Below the pieces are notes generated by a model. It saw only the letters and a program-made list of their open reading frames with translations, ran no database searches and was not told the DNA's origin. The translations under genes were made by a program, and so were the position numbers. Positions 36,570-48,838 of a stretch of 64,000 bases of DNA are shown piece after piece. The stretch comes from Octopus sinensis (Eukaryota), in assembly GCF_006345805.1 (NCBI RefSeq), contig NC_042997.1, positions 70,990,001 through 71,054,000 of the forward strand. Direction: 5' to 3'. Numbering within the stretch: the stretch's first letter is position 1; each line of letters opens with the position of its first letter.

Positions 36570-36747
36570 TATAGAGAGATACAATACATATATAACTGTA
36601 TATTTGATCCAAATTAAATGTGTATTTATAATACAAATTATTGTATATAGTGCTCAGGTGCACCACAACTTGTCAGTAAGTTGTATGTATGCATATATTT
36701 ATATATATATATGCGTGTATATACACATATCGATCACATACATTATA

Positions 36748-36800
<53 letters not shown>
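35592..36800. repeat. ~604 bp tandem duplication with breakpoints in (TA)n
   Basis: tcgtgtatagataagtatg at 35592 and 36196. The unique parts (gaataagtatcagtggaatttttgaaac..., gctcaggtgcaccacaacttgtcag) look identical; only TA tract lengths differ. Confidence 0.95.
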
Positions 36801-36819
<19 letters not shown>

Positions 36820-38415
36820 GTATATATATGCATATATGTGTGTGTGAGTGTGTATGTGATTGTGTGTGTATCTGTATAAACACGAATGATTGAATTTAAC
36901 TACTCAGCAAGCCCTTCTCGCAACCATCTACTATATTCATGCTCTTTTTACCTCAGTTGTATATACCTCACACTGCCTGACCCAAGAACCATCTCACTCC
37001 CAGTCTAGGTTCTCATTCCAAAGAAAGGTGGAATTTTTAAGGTACAGAGAGAATATAGGAGGTTTTGTGGTTTCTTACATCCTCCCATTTGAAAATGGCA
37101 GTGGGATTCAATCAGAGACGTATGTAAAGAGGAAAATAATAATAAAGAGTGAAAGAAAGCAATAAAAATTGCAAGGAAGACAAAGAGAGTGAATAAATGT
37201 AATGGATCAAGAGAAACTGAGAGAGAGAGAGGAATGGAGGGAGTGTGTGTGTGTGTCTGTGTGTTTGTTTTAAAATAGCAATGAAAAGATTAGGACAGAA
37301 AAACGAAGAGGTCAGTGTGTTTCATCGTAGTGCCTTACTGTCCATATATTCCTCTTTATAATGGAACATTGGTCTTGTCTCATATCAGTTGTTTCTATAA
37401 ATCAGAGTAATAATTACATTGTATACGACCTGCAGGAAATGTTAGCCAGCACAGTTTGCAGTTTTATACGGAAGATACGTTTAGTAATGTGCACCACGTG
37501 ATAGAGATGGAACACATTTCACCATAGTTCTATGTAATCGTTGCTGATTTGAGGATAAACACATTAACGAAGATTAAATGATGTAGAAGACCTACTAAAA
37601 CTGCATACATACACACACACATACACACACAGACATACAGTGAGAGAGGAGGGAGAGAAAGAGAGAGAGAGATAGTAACGGAGATAAACACAGTTCGTAT
37701 TACATTTACATGTTGCACAACAATACAGGCTAAAAGTGCAGAATAACATACGAAAATATGCAACTTCCTGACTGGACAGGTGTTAGGTAGTAATTACAAT
37801 CATACCCCATACAAAAATTAACCATCACGTTTGTTATTTATCTTGCAGTGAATCACTCGCTATTATTCACCATTATAATACCTCGTCACACAGTAGGTTC
37901 TCTGACTTAATCTTCTTATGCAAACATATGTTTTATTCCACATTTTTTCCGCAATTTTCGCTGAATGTAAGTACCAATTTTCCTTATTCTTTTTCCCTTA
38001 ACGTGATTTCCTACTCATATACCACCACCCCTAATCCTGCATTCCAAATCACAACTATTCCAATCTTCTCTCGATGAGCGGAACCGAACTTATTGTGATG
38101 ACTCCATGTCACTGGTCAACGGTTACATACCCATGTGCTTTTGCACATTTCACTCTTGGTTGCTTGAAACAGCTGTCGAGTTAAGAAATTACGTATTTCA
38201 TTATCTTATTTTCTAATTTTAATTCATATATTTTCGTGCTTCGTGTAAGCAAATTTATATCATTACTACCACCACATCAACTCCATCTGGATTCCACTTT
38301 GAGATATTCTTGACTGAAAAATGAGGAAGTTAAGTAAGTTTAGATAATTTTGAGAACTACAATGTGTTTTCTATACAGAGCAGGCTCAATTTACATCTAT
38401 TCTGTATGTGTGTGC

Positions 38416-38459
<44 letters not shown>

Positions 38460-38557
38460 GCACACATACATACATACGTACATATATACATACATATGTA
38501 CATACATACATACATACATACATGCATACATACATACATATATATTTTTTGTTTTAC

Positions 38558-38955
38558 TTGTTTTAATCATTTGACTGCGGCCATGCTGGAGCACGCCTTT
38601 AGTCGAACAAATCGACCCCAGGACTTATTTTTTGCAAGCCTAATACTTATTCTGTCGGTCACTTTTGCCGAACCGCTAAGATACGGGGACATAAACACAC
38701 CAGCATCGGTTGTCAAGTGATATTGGGGGGACAAACACAGACACACAAACATATACACACATATACATACATATATATATATATATATAAATCTATACGA
38801 CGGGCTTCTTTCGGTTTCTGTCTACCAAATCCACTCACTCGTCTTTGGTCGGCCCTAGGCTATAGTAGAAGAAACTTGCCCAAGGAGCCACGCAGTGGGT
38901 CTGAACAGGGAACCATGTGGTTGGTAAGCAAGCTATTTACGACACAGCCACTCCT
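38558..38955 (-). mobile_element. SINE family B, full length
   Basis: Tail tcatttgactgcggccatgctggagca...gtcgaacaaatcgaccccagg, internal (CA/TA) tract, and head ...aaccatgtggttggtaagcaagcta...cacagccactcct. Confidence 0.93.
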
Positions 38956-39132
38956 ATTCATCCAAAGTTATATTTTTCCCATATGAAAATATAATACTCA
39001 GGTCATATGAATTTAATATTTACTTAATATTTACTGAGTATTAATTGAAACAGCTGTTAGGGATGCTGATTAATTTACTGTTAATAATATACAATTATTA
39101 ACTTCCCAATATCCATTTTCTTTTTCTTCTTT

Positions 39133-39178
<46 letters not shown>

Positions 39179-39186
39179 ATATATAA

Positions 39187-39230
<44 letters not shown>

Positions 39231-39364
39231 CATGTATATATGCACACACACACATATATATACGTATGTATGCATGTATATATATATATATAATATATAT
39301 ATATATATATACATGCATACATACGTACGTACATACATACGTACATACATACATATATTCACTA

Positions 39365-39545
39365 AGGCGGTGAGATTCCAGAATTCCAAGCCCACCGTGC
39401 AAAAGGCTTAGCGTCCTGCTGAGGTTGATATTGCCTTTTCATCCTTACGAAGTCGATAAAATGAGTACCAATTGAACAGTGGGATGGAGGTGATCGATTT
39501 ACTCCTCCCTTAAAATTGCTGGCCTTGTACCAAAATTTCAAAAAA
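39365..39545 (+). mobile_element. SINE family A, internally deleted and decayed
   Basis: aaggcggtgag...gcttagcg...gaggttga...ttgccttttcatcc...gtcgataaaatgagtacc...aaattgctggccttgtaccaaaattt. Confidence 0.75.
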
Positions 39546-39874
39546 GCAGAAGTTTTAGCAAAAAGATTTATAATATATGTTGTCTCTGTACGTGTGAACT
39601 TTTGCGTGCATGTGTATACCAAGATTTCTATATCACTTTTTGTAGGTACTTATCCAGACTGTTGCCATCGTAGCAAAGCTAAAGCACGCAAAACAAAGCC
39701 GCTTGGCACAGATTGACCTCGAGCTCTGCTATGCATGCGCACTAAGTTTCAACTTTCTAGTTCACTTCCCCTGTTTGCAGGAAGGAAGGTGTGTAGCGTG
39801 CATTCGTCACATTGACCATACAGAGAAAGTTCAGCAGACATTCTGCATCAAATTTCTCTCTCTCTCTTTATATG

Positions 39875-39926
<52 letters not shown>

Positions 39927-40134
39927 GGTTTGAATTATATTTCGTCCTTTAATTTGGATTTCTAATAACGGTTCTTCGTGTTTTGCTGGTAGCTTACAAG
40001 CATAAGTTTGAAAATATAAAAATAATATTAGTATATGATGTGTTATGTGAATTTAGGGAAAGGTATCCCATATAACTCAACAAATTTGTTTAAAGTGGAG
40101 AACAGAAGTTAAAATTTGAAAGACTTTTAATACA

Positions 40135-40245
40135 TGCATACGACCGTTTCAAACAGCGATAATAAAACATGTAAATTCATTGTAGAATAATTAAATTAAT
40201 TTGATTAAATTAAATTAATTATATATCACTGTTCTCCTCAGTGCA
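40135..40245 (-). ncRNA. Type I hammerhead ribozyme with a 10 bp stem II and a 64 nt AU-rich loop
   Basis: Minus strand: tgca-CTGAGGA-gaacagtgat-[64 nt]-atcgctgttt-GAAAC-ggtc-GTA-tgca. Stem I tgca/tgca; stem III acg/cgt with a 2 nt loop; ATTAAA just downstream. Confidence 0.75.
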
Positions 40246-41425
40246 AGAAGTATAAGCAAAATATTATTATTACAGGAAACTTGATACGGGAAATAGCAAA
40301 GAATAATTTCGGATATACATAGTTATCCTTATGAAAATTACGAGCATCATGATAAAGAATGTGAGTCTACTTATGTATAAACCAAAACTAAGGCAACTAA
40401 GGGTTATCTGAAAATATAAGTGAAAAAGGTTTTATGAGACGTTCCCTCTATAGAAGACTAAGGAGGTAAGTAATTCAAACTCCAAATAAGTCATGTATGA
40501 AGGGAAGATTTATAAAAATGTCCAATGGAAAATTATAGTTATGTTTGAATTAGGATATGACTTGATAGTTATAAGCAATAGGTATGGCATGTATTTAAAA
40601 ACGTGCGTGAGAACGAAATTAAACTAGTGAATCTAATATATAGGAGGCTGCTAGAATGCAATGAAATAATTACTAGGGGTAGAAGTGCTTAAAGAGCTAG
40701 GTAAAAGTGGGTTCTGTTAGTGTAAGAACTAATATTCATTTGTATCTTTTTAATATAAGGTAAAAACAATACAAAATAGGAAATTAGTTGTTAATATTAC
40801 AGATTTAGATAGTAAATACTTGCTGTGGCTATAAACATGAAAAAGTACGTTCAGAGGTTTAATTCGATGTAGTAAATTGAAAATAACAATGTAGAGGAGA
40901 TAATATATCTGGGAAAAGAAGGGTAGAAAAACTTTCTATTATAAGTATCGCTATGAAATACATTGACTATGTTTAGGTATAAATAGAAGTATGAGTTAAG
41001 AAGCTAGCTCGGCATAAGGTGAGAGAGAAGTATATAGTAATATTATGTAAGTAATAATTATTCAAGTAATAGGTTATTGTGCATTATGAATATAAGAAAA
41101 CAAAATGTTTTATGAGTAGTAGGTGCACATAAGTATACAGAATATACAAAATAATTCATACATAATGTCATATAAAACAATGTTATAAGAGAAAAAAATT
41201 AGTGTATACTAATACATTAGTAAAGGACATATCTGCAAAATAGAATACATAGATGTAGGTATTCTAGTTTTACAAGTTGTTTTATTAAAGGGTGTACATG
41301 AAGGAAAAAACACCGCAAAAAATAAATAATTATACTCGTACCGGTGAAAAGAGAAATAAAAAAGCGAAACGGATATAGTTATAATTATAATTACCCACAC
41401 ATATGAAAATGTTATTATATGTTAT

Positions 41426-41508
<83 letters not shown>

Positions 41509-41587
41509 CAACATACTTATATGTACACACGTTCATATTAAAAATACATATTAGTGGTAACATATAGTTAAGAGGCACACAATAGTA

Positions 41588-41618
<31 letters not shown>

Positions 41619-41874
41619 TAGATATGCACACAATGATAAATAGGATCTATATCTAAAAATGCGCACATTGTTGCAGGCAATTTGGACATCAAGAAGTATT
41701 ATATGTGTTTGCATACATAAGCTGTAAAATATAATTAAATATCAGGTAGATTGGCAAGTAATATAAAACATTATTAATTAAAATAGGTAAGTGGTGTGAG
41801 TTTTTGTTAAGTACATATTTATGCAAATAAAATAAATTATAAAGGAGATAGGTATATTATATACTAAGGAAAGA

Positions 41875-42218
41875 GTTGAGGCGCAATGGCCCAGTGGTTA
41901 GGGGTGCGGACTCGCGGTCATAGGATTGCGGTTTCGATTCCCAGACCGGGCGTTGTGAGTGTTTATTGAGCGAAAAGACCTAAAAAAGCTCCACAAGGGG
42001 ATGGTGGTGATCCCTGCTGTACTCTTTCACCACAACTTTCTCTCATTCTTACTTCCTGTTTCTGTTGTACCTGTATTTCAAGGGGCCGGCCTTGTCACTC
42101 TCTGTGTCTGTGTATATTCAGTGCTCAGCCATTTACACGTTAATTTCACGAGCAGGCTGTTCCGTTGATTCGGATAAACCGGAACCCTCATCGTCGTAAC
42201 CGACGGAGTGCTTTCTCT
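41875..42218 (+). mobile_element. tRNA-derived SINE, family C, with a 13 bp TSD
   Basis: A box TGGCCCAGTGG and B box GGTTTCGATTCC. Tail ttcacgagcaggctgttccgttga...cgtaaccgacggagtgc. TSD TACTAAGGAAAGA at 41862-41874 and 42219-42231. Confidence 0.93.
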
Positions 42219-44043
42219 TACTAAGGAAAGATATAAATATATATTGAAAGAAAGGGAGGTGTAGGGAGATTTGGAGAAAAGTTTAGCCCAAGATAAGGTA
42301 GGTCATGTAATTATTATAGAGGAGAGTTGAATAATGAATATATATACCAATATAGTGTAAGATAAAGTGATGTGCGGAGGATGTGATGATTAATAATCGA
42401 ATTCCATAGAAAGAGTTAATATATAGAGATACTTTTAAAAAGATAGAGATATTAGGAAAAAAGGAAATGTTATTAAAAAAGTAAAGTAAGGGGCGAGTAT
42501 TATTTAAAATTAATAAAAATGAATTTGGTCCTGTGTTTACGAGAAAATACTTTTTCATCCCTGGAGTTAACTAAATGCCCATTAATTCTCATTATATCGT
42601 AGCTTTTTTCCAAACATAACCGACAAATTTTGTTATTGTATCTGTAAGATGGGACAGAAGATAGGAGTTTCCAAGATATTGAGTAATCGATATTGCTTCT
42701 TTTGAGTTACCAAATGTTTTCAGATAGACCTGTGTTATTCTCTTTTCTAGCATCATTAAAGGAAGGAGTTATGAGTAATAATGATTGCTTGATATACTAT
42801 TTCTTTCATTTTACAATTTCTATCTACTTCACAAGTATTTGGGTTGCTGCAATCACAAGTTAAATTATTGGGTGATACTATGTTATGTCTACATTTATTA
42901 GGGATAATGGAGTTTGGGTTATTGTCATAATAGTAGTTGTTAGTTATAAAATTATTGGAGTTGCTATGTATACTGGATGAAGCTTTTTTAATTATAGAAT
43001 AGGTCCAGTTTCTTATTGTTAAGAGAAGAGATTATTCTAAAAAGGTTTGGAGCGACCGAAAATCCAAATCTGAATTTTTTGTTATTAAATATTTTTGCAT
43101 ATTTGGAGTTTATAAAGTTTTATGAATTATATTTCTCATAGATCTAATAAAATTCGATTTTGGTTGTTTGGCAAACGGTATTATGATCCAAGTAGTATCA
43201 TTGTTGTTTTTCTTATTAGAGTGATGGGTTATGTTTTGGAGTCATCTATTCTTACACATGGCATTGATTTCTGTTTATTCTATTTTATTTCTATCGATAT
43301 CAATATGATATCTGTGGTTATATGTATTGGTTTCATGTTCTCATTTTTATCTATAATTCAGTGTTTTTTGTGTTTGTTGTCAGTATTCTTGTTTTTTATA
43401 TATTATTATTAGTGATTTGTGAATTCCAAAAAATAATATTATTTTTTCTTTTAGTAAAGTTTTGGTTATTGTGCTCGTATCAATTAAGTTTATTAGCATG
43501 TTTATTGTGGTTGTGAATTCTGTATCTATCGCTAATGTGTGTTGATGATTATTATTGTGAGTTTTTATTTGTTTGTCGAGGTGTACTAATTCATCAGTTA
43601 ACTTATATTCACTAATATTGTCTATGTTGTTCATATCAAGATAAATTTTGGTGTTATTAGTATTGATACTGTCGTTTTTATTGTAATTCAATTCATATTT
43701 ATATCCTGCCTTCTTAAATGCTAGATTATCGTAGTATTTATGTTTGTTAAAAATATTTTCGTTAGATGATAATAGATTGATTCTTCTTTCTATGTTAGTG
43801 GTCAGGTTTTTTTATAATGTTATAAGGATGTTTACTTTGAGCGTTTATGTATGTGATATTGTTATTAGGTTAATGGTAAGGCTGATAGGAGGAAGTATTA
43901 AGATTAAAATTAACGTCTAGGGAATTCACAGAGTTGTTATCTTTTTCAATAGTAATGGATAGTCTTTGGTTTTTGAAGAAATTGTGTAGTCTTTTTTTGT
44001 AGAGTTCGAGTTTTCTGTTGGAGTTTTTTATATGCATGTATAA

Positions 44044-44306
44044 GGCGTGGTTGTGTGGCAAAAAGCTTGCTTCCTAACTAACATAGTTCCGGGTTCACTC
44101 CCACTGCGTGGCACCTCGGGCAAGTGTCTTCTACTATAGCCTCGGGTCGACTAAAGCCTTGTGAGAGGATTTGGTAGACGGAAACTGAAATAAGCCCGTC
44201 GTATCTATTTATATATATATGAGTGTATGTGTTATTTGTGTGTTTATGTTTTCCCCACCATTGCTTGACAACCGATGTTGGTGTGTTTACGTCCCCGTAA
44301 CTTAAC
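44044..44306 (+). mobile_element. SINE family B, 3'-truncated
   Basis: ggcgtggttgtgtgg...ttccgggttcactcccactgcgtggcacctcgggcaagtgtcttctactatagcctcggg...cgtccccgtaactta. Confidence 0.92.
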
Positions 44307-45033
44307 GGCTATATACCCTATGGCAATATATTAAAACAGCCGAATTTGAAGTAGCATTTACAAAAAGATATGCTCGCAGTGAATAGAAAGTTATAGAAAG
44401 TTATAAAACACAGTGTCCAAAATCGCAAGTAGAAGCAACTTTTGTATTAAATATACCATATTACAATCTTCTTTTACATGTCATAAAAAAATTTTACTTA
44501 AGGATTTACTTACATATACAGATATAATTACGCTACAATTCTTGCAATAACGATGTATACGAATGTAGATACATTCATATGTACATATACATACATACAA
44601 ACATACACATATATATGTGTGTGTATATATATATACATACATATATGCATATATATATGTATGCACGTATATGTATGTATATATATATATCTATATATAT
44701 GTACACATGTATTTATATACGTGCATATACATACATATATATATACGTACATACATACACACACACGCATATATATATATACACATATATATAATCATAA
44801 ATACATGAATACAGGCACATACATTTATAAATATGTGTACATATATTTAAAACCGATAATACATATACATACAGACAATTGATCCATGTACACACGATGA
44901 TGCATATGTATAGGGAAACTATTTGCATATTCAATCATTATATGTGGCGAAACCGCCAGAGGAAATCAATAATTTTTCAAAAATTTGACTTAGTTCTGAT
45001 TCGATCACCATTGGTTGTTACATCACATAACTT

Positions 45034-45101
45034 CAGCAGCAGCGGTGGCAGCAGCAGCAGCCGCAGCAGCAGTAGCAGCAGCAGCAGCAGTAGTAATAGT
45101 A

Positions 45102-45167
<66 letters not shown>

Positions 45168-45168
45168 A
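45034..45168. repeat. (AGC)n(AGT)n compound trinucleotide repeat
   Basis: Read directly; source of the poly-Ser/Leu/Val/Ala ORFs. Confidence 0.97.
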
Positions 45169-45479
45169 CGCAAAAATGTCAGATTTTACTCCACATTTTT
45201 GCAAATAGATATTTCGCATGCTCAGTCCAATTAAAATATTCTTGAAAGCAAGCGTGTCTCCACAAATGGGAATTTTAACAGAAATCAATTTGAATGTGGG
45301 TTTTGTCTGTGGGGGTGCGAATGTTTGCTTTCTGAATGTGTGTATATGTGTATATACATATTTATTTATCTATATATATAAGATATACAGGTGCGTCTAC
45401 ATGTATGATTGTGTATATCAATGTATGTATGTATATGTATATAATTTATTAATCAGGCAATGAAGTTTCAATATCCGTA

Positions 45480-45533
<54 letters not shown>

Positions 45534-45583
45534 GAATATATACAGAATATGCGAATATATGTACGAATGAATATATGTATATA

Positions 45584-46499
45584 TCAGGTCATCCTACAAG
45601 TTCTGTAGGATGACCTGATATCGAACTCCTCCTGGCTTGTTTAAAATTGAATGAAATTTAATAGTATTTAGAATGTCAAATGGAATTAAAAATTATTTTT
45701 ATGCATTTGTGTAATTAAATATTATTTTACAGAATAATATAATCAAAATTGTTTTGACTAAAACCCTTTCTAACACGGAAGTATCCAAAGAGCATTTGAG
45801 GCACATAATGCTTTATGAGTACAAAAAGTGAAACTTATAGGAGAGAATGCTTGAATGAAAGAACTTGCAGAAGATGGTTTGCAAATTTCAGAAGTGGAGA
45901 TTTCAGCCTTGAAGATGGAGATCGAACAGGACGTCCAGTTGAGTTTGATGATAAGTTCCTCGAGACATTACTTGAAGAAAATTCTGCATTATCAGTTGAA
46001 GAATTGACAATAAAGCTTAGTGCATGACGATGAACAACTATTCTGTTCATCGTCATCTTCAACAACTTGAAACGGTTCCTAAACTTGGAAAATGGGTGCC
46101 TCAGGAATTGTCCGAAAGCAATCGCAAATCCCGAGTTGACATCTGCTCTTCTCTCCATTTTCACGAACTCATTTCTCCCTTTTTGGATAGACTTGTGAAT
46201 GGTGAAGAAAATTGGATCTTCTATCGAAGACTACCATTTGTTTCGTAGTTTACAGAATTATTGGGGGGGGGGGGCATAACTTTCGCAAGCCAGGAGTTCG
46301 AAACTGACACTTCAGAGTTCCTCGCTTTGAAACCAAAACAAAAGTTTACATTGATGGGATTAAAAAGCTTGTAAATAGATCGAAAGAAGTCCTAGATAAT
46401 CAGGGAAAGTACGTTGATGATTAAATTTCAATTAAATGTAACATTTGCGCACTTGTTTTTTTTATTCAAAATTCGGACAGAACTTATGGGATGACCTGA
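45584..46499 (+). mobile_element. Mariner (DD34D) transposon, internally deleted, 916 bp
   Basis: TA|TCAGGTCATCC...GGATGACCTGA|TA. Relics EVSKEHLRHIMLYEYKK; RWFANFRSGDFSLED..RTGRP; LGKWVPQEL; LVNGEENWIFY. Confidence 0.93.
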
Positions 46500-46505
46500 T
46501 ATGTG

Positions 46506-46547
<42 letters not shown>

Positions 46548-47457
46548 CATGCTAAGCTTGCTCCTTCCCTCCTTTGGGCATGTAGATATGAAAAGAAAGA
46601 TTCGACTACCATTTTTAAGAGACTACATTATGCAGGCTTTCTCGTTGGTTACTAAATACGTACAGATTTGTACTTTTATCGACAAGTATGAAATACAAAA
46701 TCGATTGAAGACTGAATACTTAAATGCATGGAAACTAAATAATTTTCCTTATTTATAACTCATTATGTTATCAATGAGGTATAAATTTTCGTCTTCTTCA
46801 TCTTGGTATATTAATGGTATATATATCCGTAATTTTAGGTTTGGTGATGCAAAAAGAAAAACAGAACTCAGAGCATGAGTATAAGTGCGTTTATTATTAA
46901 TAATCAACAGAAGTTACAGATTAACTCAAGATCTGTGAATTTCGAGTGTTGCCCTTTATCAAACTTATTAGGGCCAAGCCTTTGATTTACTCTGCAACTT
47001 TTGCTGATTATTAACAAAAAAATAAACGTATTCTTTTTATTGGTCTTATGTGCCCTGAAAAATCTCAGTGCAATGTGCATATATACAATGCCTCACTCTA
47101 TTTCTTATCTCCACTCAGTTCATTAGTGCAGGCGTTTTTGTCGACGTATGTGCGAATATGTATGTGTATCACTAATTCTGTCCCTCTTTCCTTATATCAT
47201 TCTCTCTCCTTCTCTCTCTCTCTGCCTTTGCCCCCTCTCTCTCTTCTTTCATTTACTTCTTACTTTTATTGTATAACCCCACATCATATCAGCTCCATGA
47301 GACGTATGATCAAATATATTCCAACAATGACTTGTCTGCTTTGTTTTGACTGATATTTTACTCAAGACCTCATAATCCTTTTGCAAGATGGTGATGCGTT
47401 AAGGACACAAGTGTCTGTGGAATACTCAGCCACTCACACTCTATAATTATTTCTCAT

Positions 47458-47590
47458 TTTGGCACAAGGCCAGCGATTATGAGGGCGGGTGTAAGTCGAT
47501 TGCATCGGCCCCAACGCTTGACTCGTAATTTATTTTATCGGACTCAAGTGGTTCGATGCATGTTCTTACGATTCTGCTAGTTCGCCACCA
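47458..47590 (-). mobile_element. SINE family A, decayed and deleted
   Basis: ttttggcacaaggccagc...aagtcgattgcatcggcccca...ttattttatcg...acgattctgctagttcgccacc. Confidence 0.7.
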
Positions 47591-47625
47591 CCTTCACACT
47601 CTCTATACTCGTTTACTCTTTTATT

Positions 47626-47815
47626 TGTTTCAGTCATTTGACTGCAGCCATGGTGAAGCACCGCCTTTAGTCGAGCAAATCGACCCCAGGATTTATTCTT
47701 TGGAAGCGTAGTACTTATTCTATCGGTCTCTTTTGCCAAATCGCTAAGTTACGGGAATGCAAACATATTAACATCGTTTGTCAAGCGATGTTGGGGGACA
47801 AACACAGACGCACAA

Positions 47816-47898
<83 letters not shown>

Positions 47899-48080
47899 TA
47901 GATAGATAGATAGATAGATATATACATAGATACGACGAGCTTCTTTCAGTTTCCGTCTACCAAATCCACTCAAAAGGCTCTGGTCGGCCGGAGGCTATAG
48001 TAGAAGACACTTGCCCAAGGTGCAACGCAGTGGGAATGAACCCGGAACCATGTGGCTGGTAAGCAAGCTACTTACCACAC
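47626..48080 (-). mobile_element. SINE family B, full length
   Basis: ttgtttcagtcatttgactgcagcc...gtcgagcaaatcgaccccagg...(CA)n(TA)n(GATA)n...gaacccggaaccatgtggctggtaagcaagctacttaccacac. Confidence 0.93.
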
Positions 48081-48361
48081 TGTGCAATATAGTGTGCATA
48101 TAGTCCTGTTGATCTAAAAACCGGACGATTCATAGTCAAAAGCATCTCGAGATCCCCTTATATGTACTCGCCTAGGACCCCTTTTATGTGTAAATCTGAC
48201 CGAATTTTTCTTTTTAGAGTTTGGCGAAACTACTTAATTAAACCAATTAACAAGAGGAATATGACCGTCACGGTTAATATCCAGTACTTTTCGCTTACTC
48301 CACTACGATTGCTTTTTCTGACGAGCAAGTACGTTTATTCATTCATTCATTCATACATACA

Positions 48362-48395
<34 letters not shown>

Positions 48396-48838
48396 CAATG
48401 TAAGCACAACAAACCTGATATAATGATTTGGGATAGAGAAGAGAAACTGCACAGTTGTGGAAATTAGCTGCCCATCTTCATGAAGCTGAAGTTCAGTGAA
48501 AAAGGGAATACCTACGCTGAACTATTGAGAAATCTGCAGTTACTCTATCCAGATCCAGATTACAAGTTCAGGTTTATACCTGTAATTATTGGGGCACTGG
48601 GATATGAAACATACTGCCTAAATACTAATCATGATAAATTAGGCTTCTCAAAACCAGAAAGGAGAAAGCTGGTTCGAAGACTACGGATCCAATCGATCAC
48701 TGGAACTGTAAAAATCTGTAAACTTTTCCAGTAGTTTATCACTTAGATATATATGACCATGTCTAGATATGCAACTATATCCATGAGAATACATGCAAAA
48801 TACAAAACATACAAAACTGCACATATACACACAGACAT
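48396..48838 (+). mobile_element. 3' end of an RLE-type non-LTR retrotransposon flanked by (ACAT)n
   Basis: QCKHNKPDIMIWDREEK; VEISCP; EKGNTYAELLRNLQLLYP; FIPVIIGALG; IQSITGTVKICK. (ACAT)n lies on the left (48353-48392) and the right (48840-48930). Confidence 0.85.

Larger units (their letters stand above)
40100..44045 (-). mobile_element. Penelope-like retroelement (PLE), decayed, 5'-truncated, long 3' region
   Basis: Minus-strand relics at 44045-42510: LSITIEKDNNSVNSLDVNFNL..SYQPYH; ITYINAQSKHPYNIIKNL...RINLLSSNENIF...AFKKAGY (RT C-terminus/thumb); YAKIFN; CDCSNPNTC...VYQA; LSENIW*LK...ISWK...CRLCLEK...LVNSRDE (GIY-YIG region). Strong strand skew continues to a hammerhead at 40135-40245. 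The 3' extent is inferred. Confidence 0.85.

Noticed and set aside
39640-39850. GC-richer unique segment with acceptor-like sites
   Set aside because: No recognisable protein or RNA structure; could be regulatory but cannot be supported.
41877-41950. tRNA gene
   Set aside because: A and B boxes are present but the cloverleaf is incomplete. It continues into a SINE body flanked by a TSD.
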